Source: a virus (Duplodnaviria > Caudoviricetes). Taken from it: a stretch of 63,694 nucleotides of DNA. A model generated the notes under the pieces. That model worked only from the letters and a program-made list of their open reading frames with translations. It ran no database searches and was not told the DNA's origin. The DNA lies in the IMG/VR virus record IMGVR_UViG_3300047564_001096, positions 1 to 63,694 of that record. One strand, 5' to 3'. The first letter of the stretch is position 1. Each line of letters opens with the position of its first letter. The position numbers and the translations under genes are program-made. This document shows positions 1-8,743 of this stretch, in pieces.

Positions 1-152
1 AAATATATAAAAGTTCCAAAATTCCAATAAAATTTAGGAGGGGATACCGTCTGGTGCGAAAAAGTTGCACTGGGAAAACAAGCCTTGACCTCCTGCTTTT
101 TTCTCAATTACCCCATGTCCCCCTCGTGCAAAAACTGGAACTTTGGAATTTT
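1..152 (+). repeat. Imperfect terminal direct repeat, left copy
   Basis: Ungapped alignment to 63543-63694 with about 19 mismatches in 152 nt (hand count). Confidence 0.9.
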
Positions 153-305
153 CGTTGTAAGTCTATGATTACTAAGTAAAATTAAGTTCCAATTCGTGTT
201 TTTGAAACTGGAACTTTTTGTTCCGACACAGATGCCCCAATCCAAAACTTGGAACTTTTTGTTTTGCTGTGTCAGTTCTTAGAATTCTAAATGATGCAAA
301 GCAAA

Positions 306-333
306 TTCCACTAGACCGTGGAAAGCTAAATAG
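306..333. promoter_or_regulatory. Palindromic site TTCCAC-N6-GTGGAA plus AGCTAAATAG tail
   Basis: TTCCAC TAGACC GTGGAA AGCTAAATAG; one of about 15 copies. Confidence 0.75.
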
Positions 334-408
334 TGACCTTGTGCTGGCAAAGGCATTCCCGCTATCGACGCGCTCGAGGACATATAACTGGTTTCAAAAT
401 TCGGGCAC

Positions 409-441
409 AAAAAAAGGGACAGGGCAATTAAGCCCCGTCCC
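409..441 (-). terminator. Rho-independent terminator
   Basis: GGGAC-GGGC...GCCC-GTCCC hairpin followed by T7 on - strand, just after the stop of 448..1059. Confidence 0.8.
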
Positions 442-447
442 CTAGTC

Positions 448-1059
448 TTACTTGATAGCTTTCACTATCGCATTCACCACAGCATCATCCACTGTGGCAT
501 CCCCTCTAGACTTTGCTGTTTTAGCTCTGTCCTTGATTGTGTCCACAGTGTCCTTCAACCATACGGCAAAGTCCTTAGTGGGCGCACGTTCCCGCTTTTT
601 ACCCGCCAGACTATCTAGATACTGTTTAACGTATCTCTTCAAGTCCTTCAACCGATTGGACTTGTAATCTGACCAATCGTCCCGTAATGCCTTATGAATC
701 CCATGCTTCACAGGGTCATCATTTCTGAAGTTCCCAAAAGCTTGAGAAGAGAAGGACATGACGTGGTAAACGTCAATGCGCTGTGAACCCTCTGTCCCCT
801 CTTCACAGGGAATCCAATCCTGTGTGTAGTATTGGGCGGGTTTTAACTCATTGAAGCGCAACATTTGACCCTCTTCAATCTCCGCCTTGATTTCATCGGG
901 GACTGATTCTAGGAATGTTGCACACTTATTGTGTATGAATCTTCCGATTGATACACCACGCTCAGAACTGATACAACCTTGATAGCTTGCGTCCTTCAAG
1001 CTTACGATTTCGGACGTGAAAGATTTTTTGATAATCTTCTCCTGTGTCTGACACACCAT
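448..1059 (-). CDS. Hypothetical early protein, paralog of 1223..1861; true start possibly ATC at 1032
   Basis: Shares SLKD, LRFNE, SNRL.DLK, RER..T.DFA and K.AK.RGD motifs with its neighbour. Confidence 0.85.
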   Translation of the reverse strand: MVCQTQEKIIKKSFTSEIVSLKDASYQGCISSERGVSIGRFIHNKCATFLESVPDEIKAEIEEGQMLRFNELKPAQYYTQDWIPCEEGTEGSQRIDVYHVMSFSSQAFGNFRNDDPVKHGIHKALRDDWSDYKSNRLKDLKRYVKQYLDSLAGKKRERAPTKDFAVWLKDTVDTIKDRAKTAKSRGDATVDDAVVNAIVKAIK

Positions 1060-1075
1060 TGTGTCATTGGTTATA

Positions 1076-1133
1076 GTTCTACATGATGAAGCCCCTTATG
1101 TAAAGTTTCACGTGTTAGTGGAACTCTATTTAG
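1076..1133 (-). promoter_or_regulatory. Putative promoter TTTACA-N17-TAGAAC with abutting palindromic site at 1106-1123
   Basis: Same architecture repeated at 1925-1972 and 2979-3025. Confidence 0.65.
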
Positions 1134-1187
1134 TAACGCCCTCAAGACGCGCGCGAGAACATATAACTGGTATCCAAAAATTTTGGA

Positions 1188-1217
1188 CAAAAAAAAGCCA
1201 ACCCCGAAGGGTTGGCT
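1188..1217 (-). terminator. Rho-independent terminator
   Basis: AGCCAACCC-TTCG-GGGTTGGCT followed by T8 on - strand. Confidence 0.9.
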
Positions 1218-1222
1218 AGGTG

Positions 1223-1861
1223 TTACTTAGACCAAGCGGTCATAAACGCTTGACGGGCAGTTGCGTACCTACCTTCGTCAGCGGTCTCGTCTCCACGAGC
1301 CTTGGCGTTTTTACACTTGACTGCGAGATCTTTGAAAATCTCATCTAAGCGTTTGGCAAAATCAGCAGTTGCACCACGCTCTCGTTGTTTACCTTCATTC
1401 AGGATAGTACGAGCCTGTTTCTTAAGGTCACCCAAGCGGTTACTGCAGTAGGTGTTGACCTTGTCACGCCACTCTTTGACGATAGCGTGTAGGTAGGGGT
1501 TCTCGTTTTTGAGTTTCCCGTATTGTTGTTGACTGTAAGCAAAACAGTAATCAACACCGATAACGACTTTCTCTCGCTCGTTTTCAAGGGCTGGATTAGA
1601 GCCATCAATGAGTAAGTAATGGTCGTTAACAACAGCGTAGGTTGCAGGCTTGTTAACCTCGTTAAACCGCAAACGATAACCATCATACAGTTGCTCTTTT
1701 ACCTCGTCAGCAACAGTTTCAGGAAAACCCTTTGACTGGTTGATAACATAGCGAGCAACGCTACGCATGCGGTCATTGGCAACCGCTTGTTTATATGCAC
1801 CATCTTTGAGACTGGTGATTTGGTCGTTTACTGCGGGTATTGCTTGGGCTTTAGTAGCCAT
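1223..1861 (-). CDS. Hypothetical early protein, paralog of 448..1059
   Basis: 212-aa ORF with GGAGG SD and its own promoter and terminator. Confidence 0.9.
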   Translation of the reverse strand: MATKAQAIPAVNDQITSLKDGAYKQAVANDRMRSVARYVINQSKGFPETVADEVKEQLYDGYRLRFNEVNKPATYAVVNDHYLLIDGSNPALENEREKVVIGVDYCFAYSQQQYGKLKNENPYLHAIVKEWRDKVNTYCSNRLGDLKKQARTILNEGKQRERGATADFAKRLDEIFKDLAVKCKNAKARGDETADEGRYATARQAFMTAWSK

Positions 1862-1924
1862 GGTAAAACCTCCATAAAATAGAGTACTGCGGTTATGTCG
1901 GGCATAATTGCGTCGACATGTTTA

Positions 1925-1982
1925 GTTATACGCATACAAGCCTCATAAGTAAAGTTTCACGCTATCGTGGAACGCTAAACAA
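1925..1982 (-). promoter_or_regulatory. Putative promoter TTTACT-N17-TATAAC with abutting palindromic site at 1955-1972
   Basis: Repeated promoter/operator architecture. Confidence 0.65.
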
Positions 1983-2030
1983 CCACGCTCTCGATACGCA
2001 CTCGAGAACAATAACTGGTTTCAAAGGGAC

Positions 2031-2061
2031 AAAAAAATAGCCAACCCCGAAGGGCTGGCTA
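2031..2061 (-). terminator. Rho-independent terminator
   Basis: TAGCCAGCCC-TTCG-GGGTTGGCTA followed by T7; near copy of the terminator at 1188. Confidence 0.9.
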
Positions 2062-2077
2062 AGTACTACAAGGAAGA

Positions 2078-2323
2078 CTATAGGTCTAACACCATCTGAG
2101 GCGACCAGTATGTGTCTGCCATTACTTCAGCAGGATAACCTTGGATGCCCTGCATCGACAATCCTAAGATAATCATGAACCGCGTTGCGCGCCCGTGATC
2201 GTTAGCCAGTATCTTGGCTACTTTGTTGAACTGCTTGGTGCCAAGCCATTGCTTAATATCCTTAAGCGCTTTGGCTTCTGCCTTTGACCTGTCAGTAGTG
2301 TCGTACTTGATTTCGTATCCCAT
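2078..2323 (-). CDS. Hypothetical protein (start refined to MGYEIK)
   Basis: GGAGG SD and TGATG coupling with the upstream ORF. Confidence 0.75.
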   Translation of the reverse strand: MGYEIKYDTTDRSKAEAKALKDIKQWLGTKQFNKVAKILANDHGRATRFMIILGLSMQGIQGYPAEVMADTYWSPQMVLDL

Positions 2324-2460
2324 CAGAACTTCCTCCATGTGATTGCAACATAATCGGTATAACTTGTGCCATAGCGTACAAACTCTAGTTTGTAAGGGCT
2401 GACGTGTATCGGCATGAGCGCCAGCAATTTGTACAGTCTTGATTTGTATCTGATTACCAT
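2323..2460 (-). CDS. 45-aa hypothetical protein MVIRYKSRLY...TWRKF (not in ORF track)
   Basis: AAGGAG SD, open frame, TGATG overlap with the next gene. Confidence 0.65.
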   Translation of the reverse strand: MVIRYKSRLYKLLALMPIHVSPYKLEFVRYGTSYTDYVAITWRKF

Positions 2461-2464
2461 TTGT

Positions 2465-2506
2465 TTCTCCTTGTTAGTGGGGGGCTTTCGCCCCCCTGTT
2501 GGTTAC
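2465..2506 (-). repeat. Intergenic repeat: stop, GC hairpin, SD (copy 1)
   Basis: GGGGGGC-GAAA-GCCCCCC then ACTAACAAGGAGAA; second copy at 2731-2773. Confidence 0.85.
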
Positions 2507-2724
2507 TCAACTTCTGCGCCTTGTAACGAATGAACATCCCATGCAATGCCTGCCGCTGTTTCAACTTGAGGCATGATGATCTCGTTGAATATCTTATCCA
2601 TGCTTGCATCGTTGAAGATGTCATAGGCTTGTGATACATGGGCAACCCACTTGGTTACATACTCTGCTCTGCTTAGTTGGATTGGCTTACCGAATGAATT
2701 GCTGAACTGTTTAGTTACTATCAT
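2503..2724 (-). CDS. Hypothetical protein
   Basis: 73-aa ORF with AAGGAG SD. Confidence 0.75.
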   Translation of the reverse strand: MIVTKQFSNSFGKPIQLSRAEYVTKWVAHVSQAYDIFNDASMDKIFNEIIMPQVETAAGIAWDVHSLQGAEVE

Positions 2725-2730
2725 GATTAC

Positions 2731-2773
2731 TTCTCCTTAGTTAGTGGGGGGCTTGCGCCCCCCTGTTGATTAC
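2731..2773 (-). repeat. Intergenic repeat: stop, GC hairpin, SD (copy 2)
   Basis: GGGGGGC-GCAA-GCCCCCC then ACTAACTAAGGAGAA. Confidence 0.85.
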
Positions 2774-2931
2774 CGCTTGTACTTAACTGCTATGGTTTTA
2801 CCGAATAGGTTAGTTACCTTAATGAATACATCATCATTAGGGTATTGATACAACCAACCCAATGCCTTACCTTTAGTCATTGCCTTATGACTTACTGCCT
2901 TACTGCCCCACAGCACAGATACTGTATACAT
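2770..2931 (-). CDS. 53-aa hypothetical protein MYTVSVLWGS...VKYKR (not in ORF track)
   Basis: AAGGAG SD; first ORF downstream of the promoter at 2979-3007. Confidence 0.7.
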   Translation of the reverse strand: MYTVSVLWGSKAVSHKAMTKGKALGWLYQYPNDDVFIKVTNLFGKTIAVKYKR

Positions 2932-2978
2932 ATGCTTCTCCTTGTAGTAGGTATGCTTGATTGCTTACCATGATTTAA

Positions 2979-3007
2979 GTTATACCGATACCTACCCCAT
3001 ATGTAAA
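2979..3007 (-). promoter_or_regulatory. Putative promoter TTTACA-N17-TATAAC
   Basis: Third copy of the promoter consensus; degenerate palindrome directly upstream. Confidence 0.65.
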
Positions 3008-3438
3008 GTTTCAGCGGGCGCGGAAGCACCCCCCACCACCCCGTTTTGCAATCTCGGTACCATCGCGCGTCTATACACAATGATCTGCACAAATAACTCC
3101 ACAAAATTCCCAAATATTCACCACTTAAGTAACAAAACTTAATGCCGATTTCGTCTAACCCTTTGATATACATAGCTTTATTTCTGCAACACATAACCCC
3201 TAATCCATATTTACTTGACATATAAATAGGTGTATACCCTACCCCCCTTACTTTTTTGGCTCTGGCCTAATGTGTTCGAGATATAGAAACACCCCCCGTC
3301 AAGGGGACCCAAAACGCAAAAACGCCGTATACTATTTTTGCTCTTCACGTGAGCAGGGGGAACGTGGGATTTTTTGACCGCTTCGCATGTTTCAACTAGT
3401 ACCCATTAGTACCCCACCCCCGCCCCACTATAAAAACA

Positions 3439-3468
3439 TTTACACATAAAGTAAAAGTCCGATATACT
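3439..3468 (+). promoter_or_regulatory. Putative sigma70-type promoter for the packaging operon (TTTACA-N18-TATACT)
   Basis: Consensus-like hexamers 23 nt upstream of the terminase small subunit start. Confidence 0.55.
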
Positions 3469-3491
3469 TTGTAAAACTGCAAGGGTCAGAC

Positions 3492-4070
3492 ATGGATGTA
3501 TTAATACCCAGTATTGAGGAGAACATTCCCCTCCCTAAGAATGCTCAAGAAGCATTCCCTGACCTAACTCCGACTGAAGAATTAAACATGCGGGCAGCGG
3601 TTGTAGCGCTAATGTCTGATTTGACAGGGCAACCTATCTCTCCAACGCAAGAAAACGCCGCTGAAGCTAAGGTATTAGCTAGAGAAATGCTTACAAATCC
3701 ATCAGTTAGGCCCGATTTCGCTAAATACCCTAACGAGACGCTTGCTATGCTAGCTGGTATGGTGGCTCAGATGAACGTCTCGGTAGTAGACGAGCTAGCG
3801 GAGCTTAAAACATACGTGGTTAACCACCTAGTTCACTCGGTTGAGGCTTCAAAAGACGTAAAAACCAAGATTACAGCCCTCCGTGCCCTTGGAGAAGTCG
3901 ATGGAGTGGACGCATTTAAGAAAAGAACCGAGATTACCCACAAGATTCAGACCATGGAAGAGGTCGAATCCGAGTTATTGGAGCTTTTGGACGAGGTAGA
4001 GAGCAAATATATAGACGTAGAGGCTAGAGAAGTCATTAATAAAGAGCAAGATGACCCAAAACCTGCGTAA
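3492..4070 (+). CDS. Terminase small subunit (putative)
   Basis: Position before terL; ALRALGEVDGVDAF helix motif. Confidence 0.7.
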   Translation: MDVLIPSIEENIPLPKNAQEAFPDLTPTEELNMRAAVVALMSDLTGQPISPTQENAAEAKVLAREMLTNPSVRPDFAKYPNETLAMLAGMVAQMNVSVVDELAELKTYVVNHLVHSVEASKDVKTKITALRALGEVDGVDAFKKRTEITHKIQTMEEVESELLELLDEVESKYIDVEAREVINKEQDDPKPA

Positions 4071-5583
4071 ATTGACGCCAGAACACCTGTTTAAGCTAAG
4101 ACAGATCATCAAAAACAAGCAAATACCTGATGAAACTAAGCGAAAAGCAAAGGATTTATTAGCAAAACATGACGAATTCCTCACACAAGAACGCGGAAAA
4201 ATATCCTTTTTGGACTTTGTTAAACATGTTTATCCAGGATATAAAGTCGGACCGCATCATCTCAAACTGGCTCAAATTTTTGAAGATATTGCGGCAGGTA
4301 AGAAAAAACGAGTCATTGTTAATATCGCTCCGCGCCATGGTAAGTCAGAACTTATATCCTATCTCGCTCCTGCCTGGTTCTTGGGTAAGTATCCACAGAG
4401 GAAGGTTATCATGGCCTCTCATACAGCGGATTTGGCTGTTAACTTTGGACGCCGCGTTAGGAATCTTGTGGGTTCAGAATCGTATAAAGGCATATTTCCG
4501 CAAATAGAGTTGCAAGCTGACAGTAAGTCGGCATCCAGATGGGGAACAAACTTCAATGGGGAATATTTCGCTATCGGTGTGGGAGGCGCACTGGCTGGTC
4601 GTGGTGCTGACCTTTTTATTATTGACGACCCTCACTCTGAGCAAGACGCTAAGACAGGCAGACCCGACGTTTTCCTTCCTGCTTGGGAGTGGTTTCAGTC
4701 TGGTCCTCTACAGCGTCTTATGCCTGGCGGTGCAATTATTGTCGTAATGACCCGCTGGAGTAAACTTGACTTAACAGGGCAAATAGTAAAGCAACAAGAT
4801 AACAATGACGAAGTTGACAAATGGGAAGTAGTCGAGTTTCCAGCAATAAAAGACGATGGGGAGGCGCTTTGGCCCGAATTTTGGCCTGTGGAAGAGCTGC
4901 TAGCAAAGAAAGCTGCACTTGACATAAGGTACTGGAATGCACAGTATATGCAAAACCCAGTCTCCGAAGAAGGAGCGCTAATTAAGAGGGAGTGGTGGAA
5001 CATCTGGGAAAAAGATGACCCGCCTGAGTGTGAGTTTACGATCATGTCGCTAGATGCGGCACAGGAGGCAACCAACCGTGCGGACTACAATGCGCTTACG
5101 ACGTGGGGTGTCTTCTTCAACGACGAGGTCAACAACTACAACATTATCCTACTTAATTCCATTAAAAAACGGTTGGAGTTTCCAGAACTCAAAAAGCTTG
5201 TACTTGAGGAGTACAAAGAATGGCAGCCAGATGCGTTCATGGTTGAGAAAAAGTCCAACGGGGCTGCGCTATACCAAGAGTTGCGCCGTATGGGTATACC
5301 CGTCGGCGAGTTTACACCTGGCAAAGGTCAAGATAAAATTGCTCGCGTTAATGCTGTATCAGACTTGTTCTCAGGCGGGGTAGTCTGGGCGCCAGACCGC
5401 AGGTGGGCGAAGGAAGTAATCGAGGAATGCAACGATTTTCCTAGCGGAACTAATGATGACTTGGTAGACTCTACTACACTAGCTCTGTTAAGATTCAGGC
5501 AGGGGGGCTTTATACGTCTACCAAATGATGAACCCGAAGATGACATGTTGTACAAGTACCGCAAAAAAGCAGCGTACTATTAA
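4051..5583 (+). CDS. terL: Terminase large subunit
   Basis: Walker A APRHGKS, Walker B FIIDD, MTRW motif, RNase H-like SLDAA and DDLVD. Confidence 0.97.
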   Translation: MTQNLRKLTPEHLFKLRQIIKNKQIPDETKRKAKDLLAKHDEFLTQERGKISFLDFVKHVYPGYKVGPHHLKLAQIFEDIAAGKKKRVIVNIAPRHGKSELISYLAPAWFLGKYPQRKVIMASHTADLAVNFGRRVRNLVGSESYKGIFPQIELQADSKSASRWGTNFNGEYFAIGVGGALAGRGADLFIIDDPHSEQDAKTGRPDVFLPAWEWFQSGPLQRLMPGGAIIVVMTRWSKLDLTGQIVKQQDNNDEVDKWEVVEFPAIKDDGEALWPEFWPVEELLAKKAALDIRYWNAQYMQNPVSEEGALIKREWWNIWEKDDPPECEFTIMSLDAAQEATNRADYNALTTWGVFFNDEVNNYNIILLNSIKKRLEFPELKKLVLEEYKEWQPDAFMVEKKSNGAALYQELRRMGIPVGEFTPGKGQDKIARVNAVSDLFSGGVVWAPDRRWAKEVIEECNDFPSGTNDDLVDSTTLALLRFRQGGFIRLPNDEPEDDMLYKYRKKAAYY

Positions 5584-5592
5584 GGATAGATT

Positions 5593-8127
5593 ATGGCAAT
5601 AGATAAGTCGTTATCACAAGCTCCTCTAGGACTTGACCAATTAGACCCAGAAATGATGGGTGATGAGCCAGCTCTAGAGATTACTATTGAAGACCCAGAG
5701 GCGGTAGAGATTGGGATTGACGGCGAACCTATTCTACGTATAGAAGAATCTGAAGAAGACGAAGAAAGTTTTGACGAGAACCTAGCTGATGTTATTAGTG
5801 AGGCATCTCTCCAAACGCTAGCATCAGAATTAACATCTGACTTTGAAGATGACGTTGGCTCTCGCAAAGATTGGATACAAACCTATGTAGACGGCTTAGA
5901 ACTACTAGGTTTAAAGATTGAAGAAAGAAGTGAACCATGGGAAGGTGCTTGCGGTGTATATCACCCACTCTTATCTGAAGCCCTTGTAAAGTTCCAAGCA
6001 GAAACCATGATGGAGACCATGCCTGCGGCGGGTCCTGTTAAAACTCAGATCATTGGTAAAGAGACTCCAGAGAAGAAAGATGCAGCGGAGCGTGTCCAAA
6101 ATGACATGAACTACCAGATTACTGACGTGATGAAAGAATACCGCCCAGAGCATGAGCGCATGCTGTGGGGTTTAGGACTTGCAGGTAATGCGTTTAAGAA
6201 AGTTTACTTTGACCCAAGTTTAGGTCGTCAAGTATCCATGTATGTTCCTGCAGAAGACGTTGTTGTCCCCTATGGGGCTTCTAGCTTAGAGGCAGCTGAA
6301 CGAGTTACGCATGTAATGCGTAAGACAGAGAACGATGTAAGACGTCTCCAGCATGATGGTTTTTACCGAGACGTAGACTTAGGTGACCCTGTTCAAGTAA
6401 TGGACGAGGTAGAAAAGAAGATTGCAGAAAAACTTGGTTTTAGAGCTACTACTGATAATCGCTTTAAGTTATTAGAGATGCATGTGGAGTTAGACCTCCC
6501 AGGTTTTGAACATAAAGATGACGACGGTGAGCCAACAGGGATTGCACTTCCCTACGTTGTAACTATTGAAAAGGGTACTAATACTATCCTAGCTATTCGT
6601 CGTAACTGGAGACCCGAAGATGACACTCATCAGAAGAGAAACCATTTTGTCCATTATCCATACATTCCAGGCTTTGGCTTTTATGCTTTTGGGCTTATTC
6701 ACCTTATCGGTGCTTTTGCTAAGTCTGGTACTAGTATTATTCGGCAGCTCGTGGATGCTGGAACCCTTAGCAACTTGCCAGGCGGCTTTAAGACCCGTGG
6801 CTTGCGAATCAAAGGTGACGACACCCCGATAGCCCCTGGTGAATTTAGAGACGTAGACGTACCTAGTGGGACAATGCGTGACAACTTGTTACCGTTGCCA
6901 TATAAAGAACCAAGTCAAGTTTTATATTCCTTATTAGGAACAATCGTAGAAGAAGGTCGTAGGTTTGCTGGCTCTACCGAGTTGTCAGTATCGGATATGA
7001 GCGCAAATGCGCCAGTTGGAACAACTCTAGCAATCTTAGAGAGAACTCTTAAGACGATGAGTGCGATACAAGCCCGTATCCACTATTCGATGAAGCAAGA
7101 GTTTCAATTATTAAAAGACATCATCCGTGACTACACTCCAGATGAGTATGGCTATGAGCCTGTAGAAGGCAGCCGTATGGCTAAGCAATCAGACTATGAC
7201 ATGGTCTACGTGCTTCCAGTCTCCGATCCCAACGCGGCTACTATGGCGCAAAAAGTAGTGCAGTATCAAGCAGCTCTACAACTCGCTCAGACAGCACCGC
7301 AGCTCTATGATCTACCACTATTACATCGTCAGATGTTAGACGTGTTGGGAATCAAAAATTATCAGAAATTGGTACCGATGGCTGAAGATATGAGGCCAAC
7401 CGATCCAGTTGCTGAGAACCAAAACATCCTAAAGAACAAGCCAGTCAAGGCGTTCATTGAGCAGAATCATAAGGCACACATTGGTGTTCACATGGCAGCA
7501 ATGCAAGACCCAAAGATTCAATCTATTTTAGGAATGAACCCACAGTTAGCTCAGCAGTTACAAGCGGCAATGATGGCTCACGTTAATGAACATATTGGCT
7601 TTGAATATCGCTTACAGATTGAACAAGCTATGGGTATGCAGTTGCCTCCAATGCCTAAAGATGGAGAAGAGCCAAAACAAATGCCTCCAGAAATGGCGGA
7701 TCAAGTGGCGCAGATGGCAGCAGCAGCGTCTCAACAGTTGTTAATGCAGAACCAACAAGAAGCTCAGGCTCAACAGGCACAACAACAGATGCAAGACCCA
7801 ATCATTCAGATGCAACAACAAGAGTTGCAGATTAAAGCAGCTGAGCAGCAACGCAAAGCAGCTAAAGACATGATTGATGCACAACTTAAGCAGGAACAAA
7901 TTGCTGTAGAACGAGAGAGAATCAAAGCTCAACAGCAAACAGCAGGAGCACAAGCAGCTATGAAAGCAGCGACTGATAAAGAAGCTCGCGATGCTGCACA
8001 GAGAGTAGAAGGTAGTAAAGCAAGTCTAGAGATGATAAAACTTCAACAGACACTTGCGAATCAGAGGCAAATTGCCGAAAGGCAAACACAAAAAACTGCA
8101 AAGGAGCAGACAAAGAAAGGTAAATAA
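5593..8127 (+). CDS. Portal protein with long Gln-rich coiled-coil C-terminus (P22-like barrel)
   Basis: Follows terL; 844 aa; Q-rich helical tail. Confidence 0.9.
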   Translation: MAIDKSLSQAPLGLDQLDPEMMGDEPALEITIEDPEAVEIGIDGEPILRIEESEEDEESFDENLADVISEASLQTLASELTSDFEDDVGSRKDWIQTYVDGLELLGLKIEERSEPWEGACGVYHPLLSEALVKFQAETMMETMPAAGPVKTQIIGKETPEKKDAAERVQNDMNYQITDVMKEYRPEHERMLWGLGLAGNAFKKVYFDPSLGRQVSMYVPAEDVVVPYGASSLEAAERVTHVMRKTENDVRRLQHDGFYRDVDLGDPVQVMDEVEKKIAEKLGFRATTDNRFKLLEMHVELDLPGFEHKDDDGEPTGIALPYVVTIEKGTNTILAIRRNWRPEDDTHQKRNHFVHYPYIPGFGFYAFGLIHLIGAFAKSGTSIIRQLVDAGTLSNLPGGFKTRGLRIKGDDTPIAPGEFRDVDVPSGTMRDNLLPLPYKEPSQVLYSLLGTIVEEGRRFAGSTELSVSDMSANAPVGTTLAILERTLKTMSAIQARIHYSMKQEFQLLKDIIRDYTPDEYGYEPVEGSRMAKQSDYDMVYVLPVSDPNAATMAQKVVQYQAALQLAQTAPQLYDLPLLHRQMLDVLGIKNYQKLVPMAEDMRPTDPVAENQNILKNKPVKAFIEQNHKAHIGVHMAAMQDPKIQSILGMNPQLAQQLQAAMMAHVNEHIGFEYRLQIEQAMGMQLPPMPKDGEEPKQMPPEMADQVAQMAAAASQQLLMQNQQEAQAQQAQQQMQDPIIQMQQQELQIKAAEQQRKAAKDMIDAQLKQEQIAVERERIKAQQQTAGAQAAMKAATDKEARDAAQRVEGSKASLEMIKLQQTLANQRQIAERQTQKTAKEQTKKGK

Positions 8128-8324
8128 TGGAAGCTGATAAGGCTTTTGATGTATTAAAACGTCAAATTGACGACAGAGTTTTACAACTCCAGGAAGCTCT
8201 CGCAGATGGTCGCGTAGAGACTTACGACGAGTACAAAAAAGTGTGTGGCGAGGTAAGAGGTCTCCTTACTGCACGTAACTACATAACCGACCTTAATAAA
8301 GCAATGGAGAACTCGAATGAGTGA
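8127..8324 (+). CDS. Small conserved head-region protein
   Basis: Coupled to the portal stop; YDEYKKVCGEVRGL. Confidence 0.8.
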   Translation: MEADKAFDVLKRQIDDRVLQLQEALADGRVETYDEYKKVCGEVRGLLTARNYITDLNKAMENSNE

Positions 8325-8733
8325 CCAACAGGTAGTAGATTTAAGTAGAGCAGTAGATTTAAGTGCAGTTTTAAATAAAGAAGCAGAAGAAAGAGCCAAA
8401 CAACTCCCTATACCTAAAGGCTATAGAATACTTTGCGCTATTCCTGAAGCAGAAGAAGCCTTTGATAGTGGGATTCTTAAATCAGACGAAACCCTACGGT
8501 ACGACGAGCTTTTAACTACAGTACTGTTTGTGGTTGATATGGGTTCTGATTGCTATAAAGACCCAACCCGTTTTCCTAACGGACCTTGGTGCAAAAAAGG
8601 CGATTTTGTTTTAGTAAGACCTAATGCTGGTACCCGTCTGGTAATCCACGACAGGGAATTCCGCATTATTAATGATGACTCCGTAGAGGCTGTAGTTCAA
8701 GACCCACGGGGCATTAAACGCAAATTTATCTAG
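8317..8733 (+). CDS. GroES-like co-chaperonin
   Basis: PKGYRIL...SGI...VVDMG...WCKKGDFVL...FRIINDDSVEAVV pattern of Cpn10. Confidence 0.85.
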   Translation: MSDQQVVDLSRAVDLSAVLNKEAEERAKQLPIPKGYRILCAIPEAEEAFDSGILKSDETLRYDELLTTVLFVVDMGSDCYKDPTRFPNGPWCKKGDFVLVRPNAGTRLVIHDREFRIINDDSVEAVVQDPRGIKRKFI

Positions 8734-8743
8734 GAGATAAAAC

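Noticed and set aside
306-323. Palindromes as att or dif recombination sites
   Set aside because: The N6 spacers all differ, whereas recombining sites need matching overlap regions; no recombinase gene seen
218-445. 75-aa + strand ORF in the terminal region
   Set aside because: Runs across iteron, palindrome and terminator elements; TTG start with no SD
4169-5383. Alternate-frame ORFs inside terL
   Set aside because: No convincing SD and no relaxation of the host frame; likely shadow ORFs
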